DNA of 64,000 nt, taken from the NCBI GenBank assembly GCA_963803715.1, contig CAWDOF010000025.1:153753-217752 (forward strand), written 5' to 3'. Below the pieces are notes generated by a model. The model was not told the DNA's origin, made no database searches, and saw only the letters and a program-made list of their open reading frames with translations. Shown piece by piece: positions 20,405 through 30,724 of this stretch (its first letter is position 1; each line of letters starts with the position of its first letter). Source of the stretch: an uncultured Flavobacteriaceae bacterium. Lineage in GTDB: Bacteria > Bacteroidota > Bacteroidia > Flavobacteriales > Flavobacteriaceae. The position numbers were made by a program, and so were the translations under genes.

Positions 20405-20920
20405 TTATAGGTATCGCTCCCTTATGATTTGGCAGTGATGGTTCTCATGCCCTATTATTATAAAACCTATTGCTCTTACCGAAAGGCCATTACCACTTAC
20501 CGTACCAATTCTCAATAAAGCATTTTCGCTAAAACTTTCAAATAACAATATTGTTGAGAGCCTCAAGGCTTTATAGTCATTCATCAAATCATCGATAGAT
20601 TTGTCGTTGACCTCACTATTATCTACGTACAAATCTTGATCAAAACCGGGCAAAGGCGTCTTGTCATTTCGGCTGATACAAAGCGCCCTGTAACTAAACA
20701 CGCGTTCTGTATCAATTAAATGCTGAATGATTTGCTTAATAGTCCACTTTCCCATTTCATAACGAAACCATAGTTTTTCTTCGGAAATTTCCTCTAAAAA
20801 TGAAATGGTTTTATCGCCGTTAATTTTTAACCCCTCTTTTAGATTGAGTTGCTCCGCTTTTTGGATATAAGGCAAATAATACGGATGGTACTCTTTTTCA
20901 GCTAAATCGCCTTTGGTCAT
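20405..20920 (-). CDS. DinB family protein
   Basis: MTKGDLAEKEYHPYY.. with HLIDTERVF and GHENHH motifs. The ATG at 20920 is preferred over the TTG at 20947. Confidence 0.7.
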   Translation of the reverse strand: MTKGDLAEKEYHPYYLPYIQKAEQLNLKEGLKINGDKTISFLEEISEEKLWFRYEMGKWTIKQIIQHLIDTERVFSYRALCISRNDKTPLPGFDQDLYVDNSEVNDKSIDDLMNDYKALRLSTILLFESFSENALLRIGTVSGNGLSVRAIGFIIIGHENHHCQIIRERYL

Positions 20921-20998
20921 CGTTCTACTGTTCTTTTTATAAAACAAAACCCTTTGACATTTAAGCCAAAGGGTCTTATTAAATCTTATATTTTCAAA

Positions 20999-21478
20999 TT
21001 ACAAGTCATTAAAAATAGTGTGCATCAATCGTTTTTTATCATTAATGCTTTCTTCCATAGAAATCATCGTTTCCGTTCTATAGACACCATCGATATCATC
21101 TACCATAAAAATAATGTCTTTAGCATGCGATGTATTTTTGGCCCTAATTTTACAGAACACGTTGAATTTACCGGTAGTGATATGGGCGACCGTAACGTAA
21201 GGAATTTCAGCAATACGCTCCAAAACAAAAGTGGTTTGGGAGGTATTGTTTAAATATACACCCACATAAGCGATGAAGGCATAACCCAGTTTTTTATAAT
21301 CTAAAGTTAGGGAGGAGCCTTTTATTATTCCGGCTTCTTCCATTTTTTTCACTCTTACATGGACCGTACCAGCTGAGATAACTAATTTTTTCGCAATATC
21401 GGTAAATGGAATACGCGTATTGTCTATTAGCATGTCTAAAATTTGATGGTCGATTTCGTCTAATTTAAATTTTGCCAT
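20999..21478 (-). CDS. Lrp/AsnC family transcriptional regulator
   Basis: 159 aa with an N-terminal HTH (LDEIDHQILDMLIDNTRIPFTDIAKKL) plus a RAM domain. Confidence 0.9.
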   Translation of the reverse strand: MAKFKLDEIDHQILDMLIDNTRIPFTDIAKKLVISAGTVHVRVKKMEEAGIIKGSSLTLDYKKLGYAFIAYVGVYLNNTSQTTFVLERIAEIPYVTVAHITTGKFNVFCKIRAKNTSHAKDIIFMVDDIDGVYRTETMISMEESINDKKRLMHTIFNDL

Positions 21479-21542
21479 TTTTCAGTTTTGTTAGATTTTA
21501 GACAAAAATAGTGCATTTTACGCAATGAATAATAACAATAAT

Positions 21543-22683
21543 TCAGATATTTTTCACTTTTAGCGATAATCTTTCATTATTCACTATTACGAAATCGTTT
21601 TCGGAGTCTAGTTTTAAGGCTTTATTTTCTACCGAAAGAACTTCAGCACCAGCAGCCTCAATTTCTCGATGACCAAAAAACGCTTCCAAATCTCCAATTT
21701 GGACAACAATGGGTATAAAATCTAATTGTCCTTCAAACAATCGCTCCTCATACTGCATCGCAATATCTCCGCCTTTTGAATTTCTAATGATGATATCGTA
21801 AAAACACTTCTCATTATTAGGGATTTCAAAGTAAGGCTCAAAATCGATTTCGAGTTGCAAGTTGTTGGTAATAACATTTATTCCCACAAATAAAGATTGA
21901 AAAATATATTCACGGGTGATTTCCCTAAAGTAATCGCCTGGAACATGACCAGCCTCAAAAAGCACAGTTGGAACACCAAGGGATTGAAAAGTATCCCCAA
22001 CGCAATTAATATTAAAAGAATCGTCGTAAACCCCAACCTGACCCGAAATCTGGCGCTGCAAAACCGTATTAATTTCAGAAATAACAGTCATTGCCTTTTT
22101 CCTGGTAAAAGTAATTGTGCGAGCTTCATCCTCTGCCGGAGATAAAAATGAAACACTTGCCGACTTCCCGCTCAAGCCTGCTCCAAATATAGTACGTTGC
22201 CCGTGGAGGTTAAAACAGAAATCAGGTTGAAATTTATCGAAAACGTCTCGCAGAGCCCTACTTTCTGGCTGGGATAATTCTCTGGGCATCACGGTTTAGG
22301 TCAATTTTATTTGCATTTACTCTTGTATAGGAAAAAGCGCCATCGGGATTTAATATGGGAATGACCTTGATTTGACATTTCTCCAAAATCACTTCAGAGA
22401 TTTTAGAATCAGAAACCAAAACATTCATAAGGTCAAAAACTGCTTTTGTGGTCGTACTTTCATTACCGTGCATTTGTGACCACATTAAAATTTTCTTTAA
22501 ACCTTTACCAATTGTAAGAGAAATTATATCACGATTTTCTACCGACTTACCAACGGTTTCCAACTCAATTTTTGGACATAATTTTTCCAGATATTTTTGG
22601 AGAGATTGGTTGTGAATATAACGTCCGGAAAGTGAAGATTCCTTATGATTCTCAAAGAGTGTTTTTAATAATTCTATCTGCAT
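21543..22683 (-). pseudogene. M14-family zinc carboxypeptidase with an apparent frameshift
   Basis: Two overlapping ORFs (22258..22713 and 21543..22292) together give one M14 protein. They carry HGNEST, DLNRDAQ / ELSQPESRAL and FNLHGQ. The frame break is near 22278..22283. Confidence 0.75.
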
Positions 22684-22977
22684 ATGTGTAGCTATGATCA
22701 CAAAGATAAACAATTGGTTTGTTACAATTGTAAACAGCTTATTTTGGGCCTAAAAAGTCATCTTTTGTTACAAATGTCAACCGTAAATTAGGTTTTTGGT
22801 GAGTAATAATTTATCAAAACATAAATTTAAATATATATTAATTGTTTTTCAGTTAAATAAATAATTTTATATGAAGTTAAGTTTATATTAAAGGTTCATA
22901 CTTAACAAATTTATCAATACTATTGAGTGCAGTTGTTTACCTTTGTAACTGATTTTAGTCCAAAATCACGGTTTACA

Positions 22978-23367
22978 ATGATAAACAACAAGAATTTTAT
23001 AATCAGGCTGCAAAAAGTCATCGATTTTTACGGAGAATCGGCATCGTCATTCGCAGAGAAAATCGGTGTACAGCGATCAAGTATTTCGCATATTCTTAGT
23101 GGAAGAAATAAGCCAAGTTTGGACTTTGTTTTGAAGGTACTTTCCGCCTACCCCGAAGTTGAACTTTATTGGTTGCTAAATGGCAAAGGCATTTTTCCAG
23201 CCGAAAAAAATCCTGTTAAAGATTCACCCGAAACATCGACCGATTCTAAAGCTGTAGAAAACAAGAATCAAATCCTCAGCTCTTCCTCTACAAAAGAGAA
23301 CAAAGAAATAGACCGAATTGTCATATTCTACAAAGACGGCACTTTTAAGGATTTCGAAAAATCTTGA
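22978..23367 (+). CDS. XRE-type helix-turn-helix transcriptional regulator
   Basis: SFAEKIGVQRSSISHILSGRNKPSLDFVLKVL is an HTH. The ATG at 22978 is preferred. Confidence 0.7.
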   Translation: MINNKNFIIRLQKVIDFYGESASSFAEKIGVQRSSISHILSGRNKPSLDFVLKVLSAYPEVELYWLLNGKGIFPAEKNPVKDSPETSTDSKAVENKNQILSSSSTKENKEIDRIVIFYKDGTFKDFEKS

Positions 23368-23442
23368 TAGAGTTCATAATTTGAATGCAATGGACTACTG
23401 CAACAGTTTGCCATTTCGTAATTTCGCAAAAAAAAATAAATC

Positions 23443-23829
23443 ATGAAAAAATTAGCGCTGTGCTTTCTCGTGTTGCCCTTTATAAGCTGTTACAACATAG
23501 AGCGCAACTGTGCGGATTTTAAAACAGGCACCTTTGAGTTTAGCTATAACTTGGACGGAGAAGAAAAAAACGGCAGGTTTGTAAGAACTGAGGACTTAAA
23601 CGTAGATTATTACGAAAACAAAATAGATTCGGCAAGTGTACGTTGGATAAACGACTGTGAATTTGTTTTAAAAAAGCTGAACCCAAAAAACAGTGCCGAG
23701 GAAAAAGCCATTCATTTTAAAATATTGAGCACGAACTCTGATTCTTATACTTTTGAATACCAACTAGCTAGTAAAATGCCTTATAAGAAGCAACGTATTG
23801 AAAAGGGAACGGCTAAAAAAATAGATTGA
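23443..23829 (+). CDS. hypothetical lipoprotein
   Basis: 128 aa with a signal peptide and lipobox-like PFISC. Confidence 0.4.
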   Translation: MKKLALCFLVLPFISCYNIERNCADFKTGTFEFSYNLDGEEKNGRFVRTEDLNVDYYENKIDSASVRWINDCEFVLKKLNPKNSAEEKAIHFKILSTNSDSYTFEYQLASKMPYKKQRIEKGTAKKID

Positions 23830-23830
23830 T

Positions 23831-24640
23831 ATGTGGGAATTTTTATTAAGTAGCGATGCCATATTCGCCCTGTTAACGCTAACATTTCTTGAAATTATAC
23901 TGGGTATCGATAACATTGTCTTTATCTCTATTGCTGCGAATAAGTTGCCCGAGCACCAAAGAAAAAAAGCAACCAACGTCGGATTGATTTTGGCGATGGT
24001 CCAAAGGATACTGTTATTGTATTTTGTTTCATTTTTAATAGGACTTTCTAAACCATTTTTTGTTTATGAAAGCGATTGGCTCGATATACATTTAAGTTGG
24101 CAGGCCGTTATTCTTTTTGCAGGTGGATTATTTTTACTCTATAAAAGTACTTCTGAAATTCGCGAAAAAACCTCTGCTCCCGAACATGATGCTAATGCTG
24201 TAAAAAAGAAGAAAATCAATACGCTGACCCAAGCAATAATTCAAATCTTACTTATCGATTTTATTTTTTCCATAGATTCCATTCTTACCGCCGTTGGTAT
24301 GACCAATGGGTTGCACCCAAATCATAATTACACCCTAATTTTGATGATCGTAGCGGTTATTATCTCAATTGCCATTATGATTGTTTTCGCTAATGGTATC
24401 AGGGTGTTTATTGATAAAAATCCAAGCATACAAATGTTAGGCTTGGCATTTTTAATTCTGATTGGTTTTATGTTGATTACGGAAGCCGCACATATTTCTG
24501 AGGTCGAATTTTTTGGAAACAGCGTTGGCGCCATACCAAAGGGTTACTTGTATTTTGCCATTGCCTTTTCACTTTTTGTGGAGTTTTTGAATTACAGATC
24601 TGTTGGGCAGAAAAATAAGGACAAACAAACTGGCAATTAG
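23831..24640 (+). CDS. TerC family integral membrane protein
   Basis: 269 aa and multi-TM, with EIILGIDNIVFISI and the duplicated TerC motif IDFIFSIDSILTAVG. Confidence 0.85.
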   Translation: MWEFLLSSDAIFALLTLTFLEIILGIDNIVFISIAANKLPEHQRKKATNVGLILAMVQRILLLYFVSFLIGLSKPFFVYESDWLDIHLSWQAVILFAGGLFLLYKSTSEIREKTSAPEHDANAVKKKKINTLTQAIIQILLIDFIFSIDSILTAVGMTNGLHPNHNYTLILMIVAVIISIAIMIVFANGIRVFIDKNPSIQMLGLAFLILIGFMLITEAAHISEVEFFGNSVGAIPKGYLYFAIAFSLFVEFLNYRSVGQKNKDKQTGN

Positions 24641-24727
24641 AATCAATTTCAACAGACTCAAATAATTATATATTATGTTGAAAAATTTTTACGTTTTGTA
24701 ACTTCGTATTTTAATTAAATTTCAGAA

Positions 24728-26731
24728 ATGCGTTTTAAAGTTAAATCAGATTTTGAACCCACTGGAGACCAGCCAAATGCCATAAAGCAGCTGTCCGATG
24801 GTATTACTTCCAAAGAAAAATTCCAAACGCTCTTGGGTGTTACAGGTTCGGGCAAAACCTTTACGGTAGCTAATGTTATAGAGAACGTGCAACGGCCCAC
24901 TTTAGTCTTGGCCCATAATAAAACTTTGGCAGCGCAGCTATATTCGGAGTTTAAGCAATTTTTTCCTGATAATGCCGTGGAGTACTTTGTTTCCTACTAC
25001 GACTATTACCAGCCTGAGGCCTACATCCCCGTTTCTGGGGTTTACATTGAAAAAGACCTTTCGATAAATGAGGAAATAGAGAAAATGCGTCTTAGCACGA
25101 CCTCTTCCCTATTATCTGGGCGTCGTGATGTGATTGTTGTGGCTTCGGTATCTTGTATGTACGGTATTGGAAATCCGGTAGAATTTCAGAAAAACGTAAT
25201 TTCTTTGCAAACCGAACAGCAAATTTCGCGAACCGATTTACTGCACCGGCTGGTTCAAAGTTTATATTCTAGAACTGAGGCGGATTTTAAACATGGAAAT
25301 TTCAGAATAAAGGGAGATACGGTCGATGTCTTCCCTAGTTATGCTGATGATGCATTCAGGATTCACTTTTTCGGGGACGAAATTGAGGATATAGAGCAGT
25401 TCAATATTCAGACCAATGAAGTTATTGAACACTATGATCGTTTGAACATCTATCCCGCCAACATGTTCGTAACCTCGCCTGATGTTCTGCAAGGTGCCAT
25501 TCGCGAGATTCAGGATGATCTGGTACAACAGCACGATTATTTCAAGGATATCGGCAAACATTTGGAGGCTAAAAGACTTAAGGAACGTACGGAGTTTGAT
25601 TTAGAAATGATTCGTGAACTTGGCTACTGCTCTGGGATTGAAAACTATTCAAGATATTTGGATGGCAGATTGCCAGGAACTCGGCCATTCTGTTTATTAG
25701 ATTATTTTCCGGAGGATTATTTAATGGTGGTTGATGAGAGTCACGTGACCATTTCACAAGTTCATGCTATGTATGGTGGCGACCGAAGCCGGAAGATAAA
25801 TCTTGTAGATTATGGTTTTAGGCTACCCGCGGCAATGGATAATAGACCTTTGAAGTTTGAGGAGTTTGAGGCTCTTCAAAATCAGGTCATTTATGTAAGT
25901 GCAACTCCTGCAGATTATGAGTTAGAGAAAACCGGTGGTGTTTACGTAGAGCAATTGATTCGCCCTACTGGACTTTTAGACCCTATTATTGAAGTTCGGC
26001 CAAGTCTTAACCAGATTGATGATCTGATTGAGGAAATGCAACAGCGCATAGAAAAAGACGAGCGCACATTGGTCACCACATTGACCAAACGTATGGCAGA
26101 AGAACTCACCAAATATCTCGACCGTATCCAAATACGCTGCCGTTACATACACAGTGATGTCGATACGCTAGAACGGGTTGAAATTATGCAAGATCTTAGA
26201 AAAGGCATATTTGATGTATTGGTAGGCGTCAATTTATTACGTGAAGGGTTGGATTTACCTGAAGTATCTCTAGTTGCTATTTTAGATGCAGATAAAGAAG
26301 GCTTTCTAAGAAGCAATCGTTCCTTGACCCAAACCGTTGGAAGGGCTGCCAGACACCTCAACGGAAAAGCCATTATGTATGCCGATACCATTACAAAGAG
26401 TATGCAGAAAACTATTGACGAAACCGAATATAGACGAGAAAAGCAAATCGCATATAATACTGAGCATGGCATAACACCTACCGCGCTTAAAAAGAGTTTG
26501 GATAGTGCTTTAGCTAAAAATTCAGTTAGCACCTATAGTTACGCATTGGAAGCTGCAAAGGCCGCAGAACCCGAAAGCGAATATTTAACAAAAGGTGAGT
26601 TAGAAAAGAAAATAAGGGAAAAGCGGAAACTCATGGAACAGGCCGCAAAAGCGCTTGACTTTATTATTGCAGCCCAATTACGTGACGAGCTTAAAGCTTA
26701 TCAGGGGAAATTGGAGGAGTTGAAAGCTTAA
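24728..26731 (+). CDS. uvrB: excinuclease ABC subunit B
   Basis: 667 aa with [12 protein letters not shown], helicase motifs and the C-terminal UVR domain ([11 protein letters not shown]). Confidence 0.97.
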   Translation: MRFKVKSDFEPTGDQPNAIKQLSDGITSKEKFQTLLGVTGSGKTFTVANVIENVQRPTLVLAHNKTLAAQLYSEFKQFFPDNAVEYFVSYYDYYQPEAYIPVSGVYIEKDLSINEEIEKMRLSTTSSLLSGRRDVIVVASVSCMYGIGNPVEFQKNVISLQTEQQISRTDLLHRLVQSLYSRTEADFKHGNFRIKGDTVDVFPSYADDAFRIHFFGDEIEDIEQFNIQTNEVIEHYDRLNIYPANMFVTSPDVLQGAIREIQDDLVQQHDYFKDIGKHLEAKRLKERTEFDLEMIRELGYCSGIENYSRYLDGRLPGTRPFCLLDYFPEDYLMVVDESHVTISQVHAMYGGDRSRKINLVDYGFRLPAAMDNRPLKFEEFEALQNQVIYVSATPADYELEKTGGVYVEQLIRPTGLLDPIIEVRPSLNQIDDLIEEMQQRIEKDERTLVTTLTKRMAEELTKYLDRIQIRCRYIHSDVDTLERVEIMQDLRKGIFDVLVGVNLLREGLDLPEVSLVAILDADKEGFLRSNRSLTQTVGRAARHLNGKAIMYADTITKSMQKTIDETEYRREKQIAYNTEHGITPTALKKSLDSALAKNSVSTYSYALEAAKAAEPESEYLTKGELEKKIREKRKLMEQAAKALDFIIAAQLRDELKAYQGKLEELKA

Positions 26732-26784
26732 ATGTCAGGGATTAGGGATTAGTTGATCACTATCACACATTGAACCTAAAATAT

Positions 26785-26814
26785 AAGAAAGCCAATCTTT
26801 CGATTGGCTTTCTT
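26785..26814. terminator. hairpin terminator between the convergent uvrB and T9SS-substrate genes
   Basis: aagaaagccaatc-tttc-gattggctttctt, a 13-bp stem. Confidence 0.65.
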
Positions 26815-26936
26815 GATTTAGAGATACTATAAAAACGCTGCTCTTTCTAAAAAACAAAACTAACTTCGTAATTATTGGTCATTCAATTGGCTATACTATT
26901 CTATCCTTTGCAGACTAGTTACTATACGCTTCACTA

Positions 26937-27833
26937 TTATTCCACAACTATTTTTTTAGTGACATTACCCGTATCAGATTTGATTTTCATAAAATATACG
27001 CCAGAATTTAAATGACTTACATCAACTTCTGTTTTACGTTCAGTGATAAGGACTCGTTTACCCAAAATGTCATAAAACTCGATATCATTTATGGTACGAT
27101 TCGTTTTGATATAGATCATGCTTGAGGTTGGATTTGGATAGATAACCATTTCAGAAGCTATCTCTGTAGGAGATTCAACGCCGAGTGTCGCCTCAGAACT
27201 ATCTAAAATAGCGTCTAAAAATTGGATATTTACGTTTTGTGAATCTACGCTGTCTGAGCAGTCTAAGTTGGTTGAAGCCGTATCAAAAGGCCCACAAGCC
27301 GTAAAAAATTGGTCTCGACAACTCACAACCACATCTTCATCTGCCTCAAAGACCAACATAGGGTCTTGGGTGACATCAACATATTCTATTTTGATATGAA
27401 TCATGAGTTTTGGTGCAGAGGTCACCAATTCGTCCATCGCACCAGAAGATACATTTTGGTCAAATGCCCAGGATACCCTAAAATCGGTATTGTCATTGAT
27501 AAAGCTAATATTATAAAAATCGGTAAAGCCAGATATTTGGCCTAAAATAAACCCATTATCATAATTTGCCGTGACCTCGAAACGGTCATTAGCGCTTATA
27601 TTTACTCCAAAAGCATCGGTGTTATAATTAAAATAAAGTTGACCAGAGCCCAATTTAAAATCTTCTTGCCCATCAAATGTTTCTATGGTTACGTCTGCTT
27701 CATAATAATCATTAGTGCCGTCATTAGTGTTTTCGGCATTAATAATGGCTAGTTTTACGGTCTGAGCATGAGCTATTGTACTCATCATTAAAATTGAGAC
27801 CATGGTAATCAATCTGTTGTAATTGTTTTTCAT
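26937..27833 (-). CDS. secreted protein with a T9SS (Por) C-terminal sorting domain
   Basis: It has a signal peptide (MKNNYNRLITMVSILMMSTIAHAQ). The C-terminus IYPNPTSSMIYIKT..FYDILGKRV..LNSGVYFMKIKSDTGNVTKKIVVE matches the TIGR04183-type CTD. Confidence 0.7.
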   Translation of the reverse strand: MKNNYNRLITMVSILMMSTIAHAQTVKLAIINAENTNDGTNDYYEADVTIETFDGQEDFKLGSGQLYFNYNTDAFGVNISANDRFEVTANYDNGFILGQISGFTDFYNISFINDNTDFRVSWAFDQNVSSGAMDELVTSAPKLMIHIKIEYVDVTQDPMLVFEADEDVVVSCRDQFFTACGPFDTASTNLDCSDSVDSQNVNIQFLDAILDSSEATLGVESPTEIASEMVIYPNPTSSMIYIKTNRTINDIEFYDILGKRVLITERKTEVDVSHLNSGVYFMKIKSDTGNVTKKIVVE

Positions 27834-27837
27834 AATA

Positions 27838-28749
27838 TTATTCTTTATTGGTTTTACTTGTTTTCGCATATAATTTTAAGTCGATGCCTCTGTTAGCAAA
27901 CTGTTCTCCCTTACCTATATTGGGGGATAATTTATTTTGAATATCTATATTCTGTACTTGAGTGTTCATGTCTATATCGGCATTTAGGAGACCACTTAGT
28001 CCCAGTGCGGTTTGAACTGCTATTCTATCACTATTCTGAATTTGTCCATCGCCGTTAAAATCGCCAGAATACAAAGCAAAATTACCGTCTCCCATATCAG
28101 AAATACCATTTAAACCACCATTAATCAAGCTGCTATTGGCTGTTAAATCTATTGCTGTGGCACTACCTCTGCTAAGGGTGTAAGTGTTTGCTGAAATCAC
28201 CCCTAAATGATTGCGATGACTTATCATAAAATAATAGTCGCCATCGGGAATATCAACAACTACTGGGGCAACCCCATCCACATTAACCACATCACCATCA
28301 GACTGAAGCAAGGCTGACCTGGAACCAACCACCGTTGTCATATCTGTGGCTCTAATCTCCAACCAAACCCAGTCTATAATGGCGTCGGCTCCAGAAACTG
28401 TAAAAACCGAAGCATCGCAGGTCAATGCGTCCAAATATGGACTTGTGGTTGGAATAAGCCCCGACGTTCGCAAATCGTCTGAAAGTGCCGATGAATTGTA
28501 TGGGCCCTGTAGAAAAACGGTTGGTGTTATTTTGATTTCAAGTTTCAAACTATTGATAAAGCCTTCGGATATTGAAATGCCTCCTGCACTTGCCTCCTGC
28601 ACATTGACTTCGCCAATAGTGTAAAGGATTTGGATACCACCAGCAGTTGCTGATGCGCCACCAGAGTCTATGCTGAATTTTTCGATACTCTGTGCCATTC
28701 CGAAGAAGGAAACGAGAAATATTGTTGTTAATGTGAGTGTTGTTTTCAT
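27838..28749 (-). CDS. secreted hypothetical protein with a dockerin/EF-hand-like Ca-binding pair
   Basis: 303 aa with a signal peptide. It carries the Bacteroidota-typical VFLQGPY..DWVWLEIR..ISHRNHLGV core, plus DFNGDGQIQNSD and DIDMNTQVQNID loops (codons 229-272). Confidence 0.5.
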   Translation of the reverse strand: MKTTLTLTTIFLVSFFGMAQSIEKFSIDSGGASATAGGIQILYTIGEVNVQEASAGGISISEGFINSLKLEIKITPTVFLQGPYNSSALSDDLRTSGLIPTTSPYLDALTCDASVFTVSGADAIIDWVWLEIRATDMTTVVGSRSALLQSDGDVVNVDGVAPVVVDIPDGDYYFMISHRNHLGVISANTYTLSRGSATAIDLTANSSLINGGLNGISDMGDGNFALYSGDFNGDGQIQNSDRIAVQTALGLSGLLNADIDMNTQVQNIDIQNKLSPNIGKGEQFANRGIDLKLYAKTSKTNKE

Positions 28750-28762
28750 AATGGTATATTTA

Positions 28763-29809
28763 TTATTCTGTGTATGTTACTTTTAACCCTATCACTTTCA
28801 TGTTGGAAGTCCAGCTTCCAGATACAGTTACAAAGACGTAGTACAAATTATTTGCGTTTATGGTTAAATTAATATCGTCTGATAATTCGAAAATAGAAGT
28901 CTGACTACCATCAGTGGATATCGTAGATGTGCCGCCGGAAGCATTTAAGCCTGTTAGAGTGGCACCAATAATTCTAAAATTGAGGTTATTTGTGCCATCA
29001 GTATCTCTAGCATAATAGGTAATGTTCGTTACGGTTGCGCCAACCGGCAGCGTAAACGGAGCCCTAAGTTGTTCGAAACCTGCATTATACCACACTGTAC
29101 CCCCTCCGTACTGTACAGGGTTAGAATCACTTGTCCCTACAAATTCTGCGAAGGGTATCACAATTGATTTTTCAGATAGTGCATCACCAATTGCTGTATC
29201 CACATAGGTTTTTACAGCGTTCTGAGTAGGCAAAGTATTGTCACTATTACCTAAGCTAGTTGCTGTTGAAATCGAATTTACTGAAGTACCAGAATCTAAT
29301 CTTAATGTACCCTCTATGACTGCGTTTCCATCAATATGAAGTTTTTCCGATGGGTTGTTTGTCCCAATACCTATATTACCTTCATTATAAAAAGCATTTG
29401 TACCATTGGTATTCCATATTGTATTTTCTATGTCCTTAGCTACTAAAGCATAAGGCACAGTTTTGAACATCGAAGTTCCCATATCTACCAATCCAGACCC
29501 AGTGTTAACTTGTACATTTAAAAAGTGCTCATCATTTAGCCAAATTATTGCTTCGAAATCATCTCCTGTTGCGCCTTCTCCAATATTGACGATGATCATT
29601 CCGTTGATGTCAGTAGTAAGAGTATGGCTTTCTTGATATACATTATTAGTAAGTGCAGCCCCTTCATATATTATAAATTGAATACTAACAGGCGATAATG
29701 CTAATACATTACCAGAGTCATCTTTAATAACAGCCTTGTAATTAATACCATTTTGGGCATAACCCATACAGGCTATTAATAAAATGATTAATGTGAATTT
29801 TACTTTCAT
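28763..29809 (-). CDS. fibre paralog A: conserved N-module plus a TYTE-type C-terminal tip domain
   Basis: 348 aa with a signal peptide, then GINYKAVIKDDSGNVL...VPYAL, which is shared with four other genes. The LPTQNAVKTYVD motif is present. The C-terminal domain ends KVTYTE and is homologous to that of paralog B. Confidence 0.65.
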   Translation of the reverse strand: MKVKFTLIILLIACMGYAQNGINYKAVIKDDSGNVLALSPVSIQFIIYEGAALTNNVYQESHTLTTDINGMIIVNIGEGATGDDFEAIIWLNDEHFLNVQVNTGSGLVDMGTSMFKTVPYALVAKDIENTIWNTNGTNAFYNEGNIGIGTNNPSEKLHIDGNAVIEGTLRLDSGTSVNSISTATSLGNSDNTLPTQNAVKTYVDTAIGDALSEKSIVIPFAEFVGTSDSNPVQYGGGTVWYNAGFEQLRAPFTLPVGATVTNITYYARDTDGTNNLNFRIIGATLTGLNASGGTSTISTDGSQTSIFELSDDINLTINANNLYYVFVTVSGSWTSNMKVIGLKVTYTE

Positions 29810-29901
29810 GATATGAGTATTTAAAGTTTGATTATGTCACTTGGTATGTTTTTTTTATAATAAGTAAACATGTTTTCCATTATTTCTTATTCTGATACCT
29901 A

Positions 29902-29967
29902 TAAAATTATAAACTATCGCATTTACAACATATGACTATTGTAACAAATGGTGCAACGTATGTAACA
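29902..29967 (-). promoter_or_regulatory. candidate activator-dependent promoter: TGTTACA, 21 bp, TGTTACAATAGTCA, 37 bp, TAATTTTA
   Basis: On the minus strand, TGTTACA starts at 29967 and at 29946. A -7-like box TAnnTTTa starts at 29909. The geometry is identical to 42018..42083. Confidence 0.35.
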
Positions 29968-30081
29968 TTGCCTATAATTATGGATTACTAGTCTTGTTGC
30001 AGCTAAATCTTAATAGTAATAAGTTAAATACAATCAATAGCAGCACTGCTGAACAGATGTAAATGAAAGTTGTCATTTTTA

Positions 30082-30702
30082 TTAATTTTTATGTTTTGTC
30101 ACTAAATAATTCGCCAAATCCTTTGCTTTTAGATTGAGTTGATCATGCTGTGCTTCAGTTCTACCCTTTACTGAACCTTTGGTTTGGTAAGTGATTACAA
30201 TAAAACTGTCATAGTTTTCATTTAATATCCGTACTTTGCCTCGCTTTGGCTGAGATGAGATATAGCAATCGCCAGCATCTGCTAATACGATATCTCTGCC
30301 CATAAGTATGCCGCTTGGTAACTCTGCTTTATCTTTTATAAGGCCTTCAATTTCTTTTTTGCTTTGTCCCTTACTACTAGGAACTGACATTAAGCGCCAT
30401 GTTGTGCCTGTATCATCGTGACCTTCACCAAAACCTTTGATTTTAAAAAGACATTCGTTTGTCGATTCACTTGTTTGTGCACTAATATCAGAAGCTGGTA
30501 TTTGTAGTATTTTGGCAAGGTCTGAATTGGAGACATCACAGGTATAGTCGTAAAATAAGCTACTATAATCTGCACTAGAGTTACTTGATTTAGCAATATC
30601 TTGCTTTGTTTCGTTTTTAGCGGTTGTGCTGTTGTTTTCTTTGGTTTCTGATTTGCAAGAAACCAGTAGTATTACGGCAATAAATAAGATATGTTTTTTC
30701 AT
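30082..30702 (-). CDS. hypothetical lipoprotein
   Basis: 206 aa with the lipobox LLVSC. No recognisable family. Confidence 0.5.
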   Translation of the reverse strand: MKKHILFIAVILLVSCKSETKENNSTTAKNETKQDIAKSSNSSADYSSLFYDYTCDVSNSDLAKILQIPASDISAQTSESTNECLFKIKGFGEGHDDTGTTWRLMSVPSSKGQSKKEIEGLIKDKAELPSGILMGRDIVLADAGDCYISSQPKRGKVRILNENYDSFIVITYQTKGSVKGRTEAQHDQLNLKAKDLANYLVTKHKN

Positions 30703-30724
30703 GGCTTTTAGTGATATTTATAAT

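Noticed and set aside
22766-22779. TGTTACAAATGTCA as a third copy of the fibre-locus operator
   Set aside because: It is similar (12/14) to TGTTACAATAGTCA. However, its partner repeat is 46 bp away rather than 21, and it is 23 bp rather than 37 from the -7-like box. Here the TTG probably serves as an ordinary -33 element.
26738-26752. gggattagggattag tandem heptamer after the uvrB stop (telomere-like look), and gttcaatattcaatgttcaag at about 12262..12282 after mutS2
   Set aside because: There are only 2-3 units, too short to tell apart from chance or trivial slippage. No structure or conservation can be assessed here.
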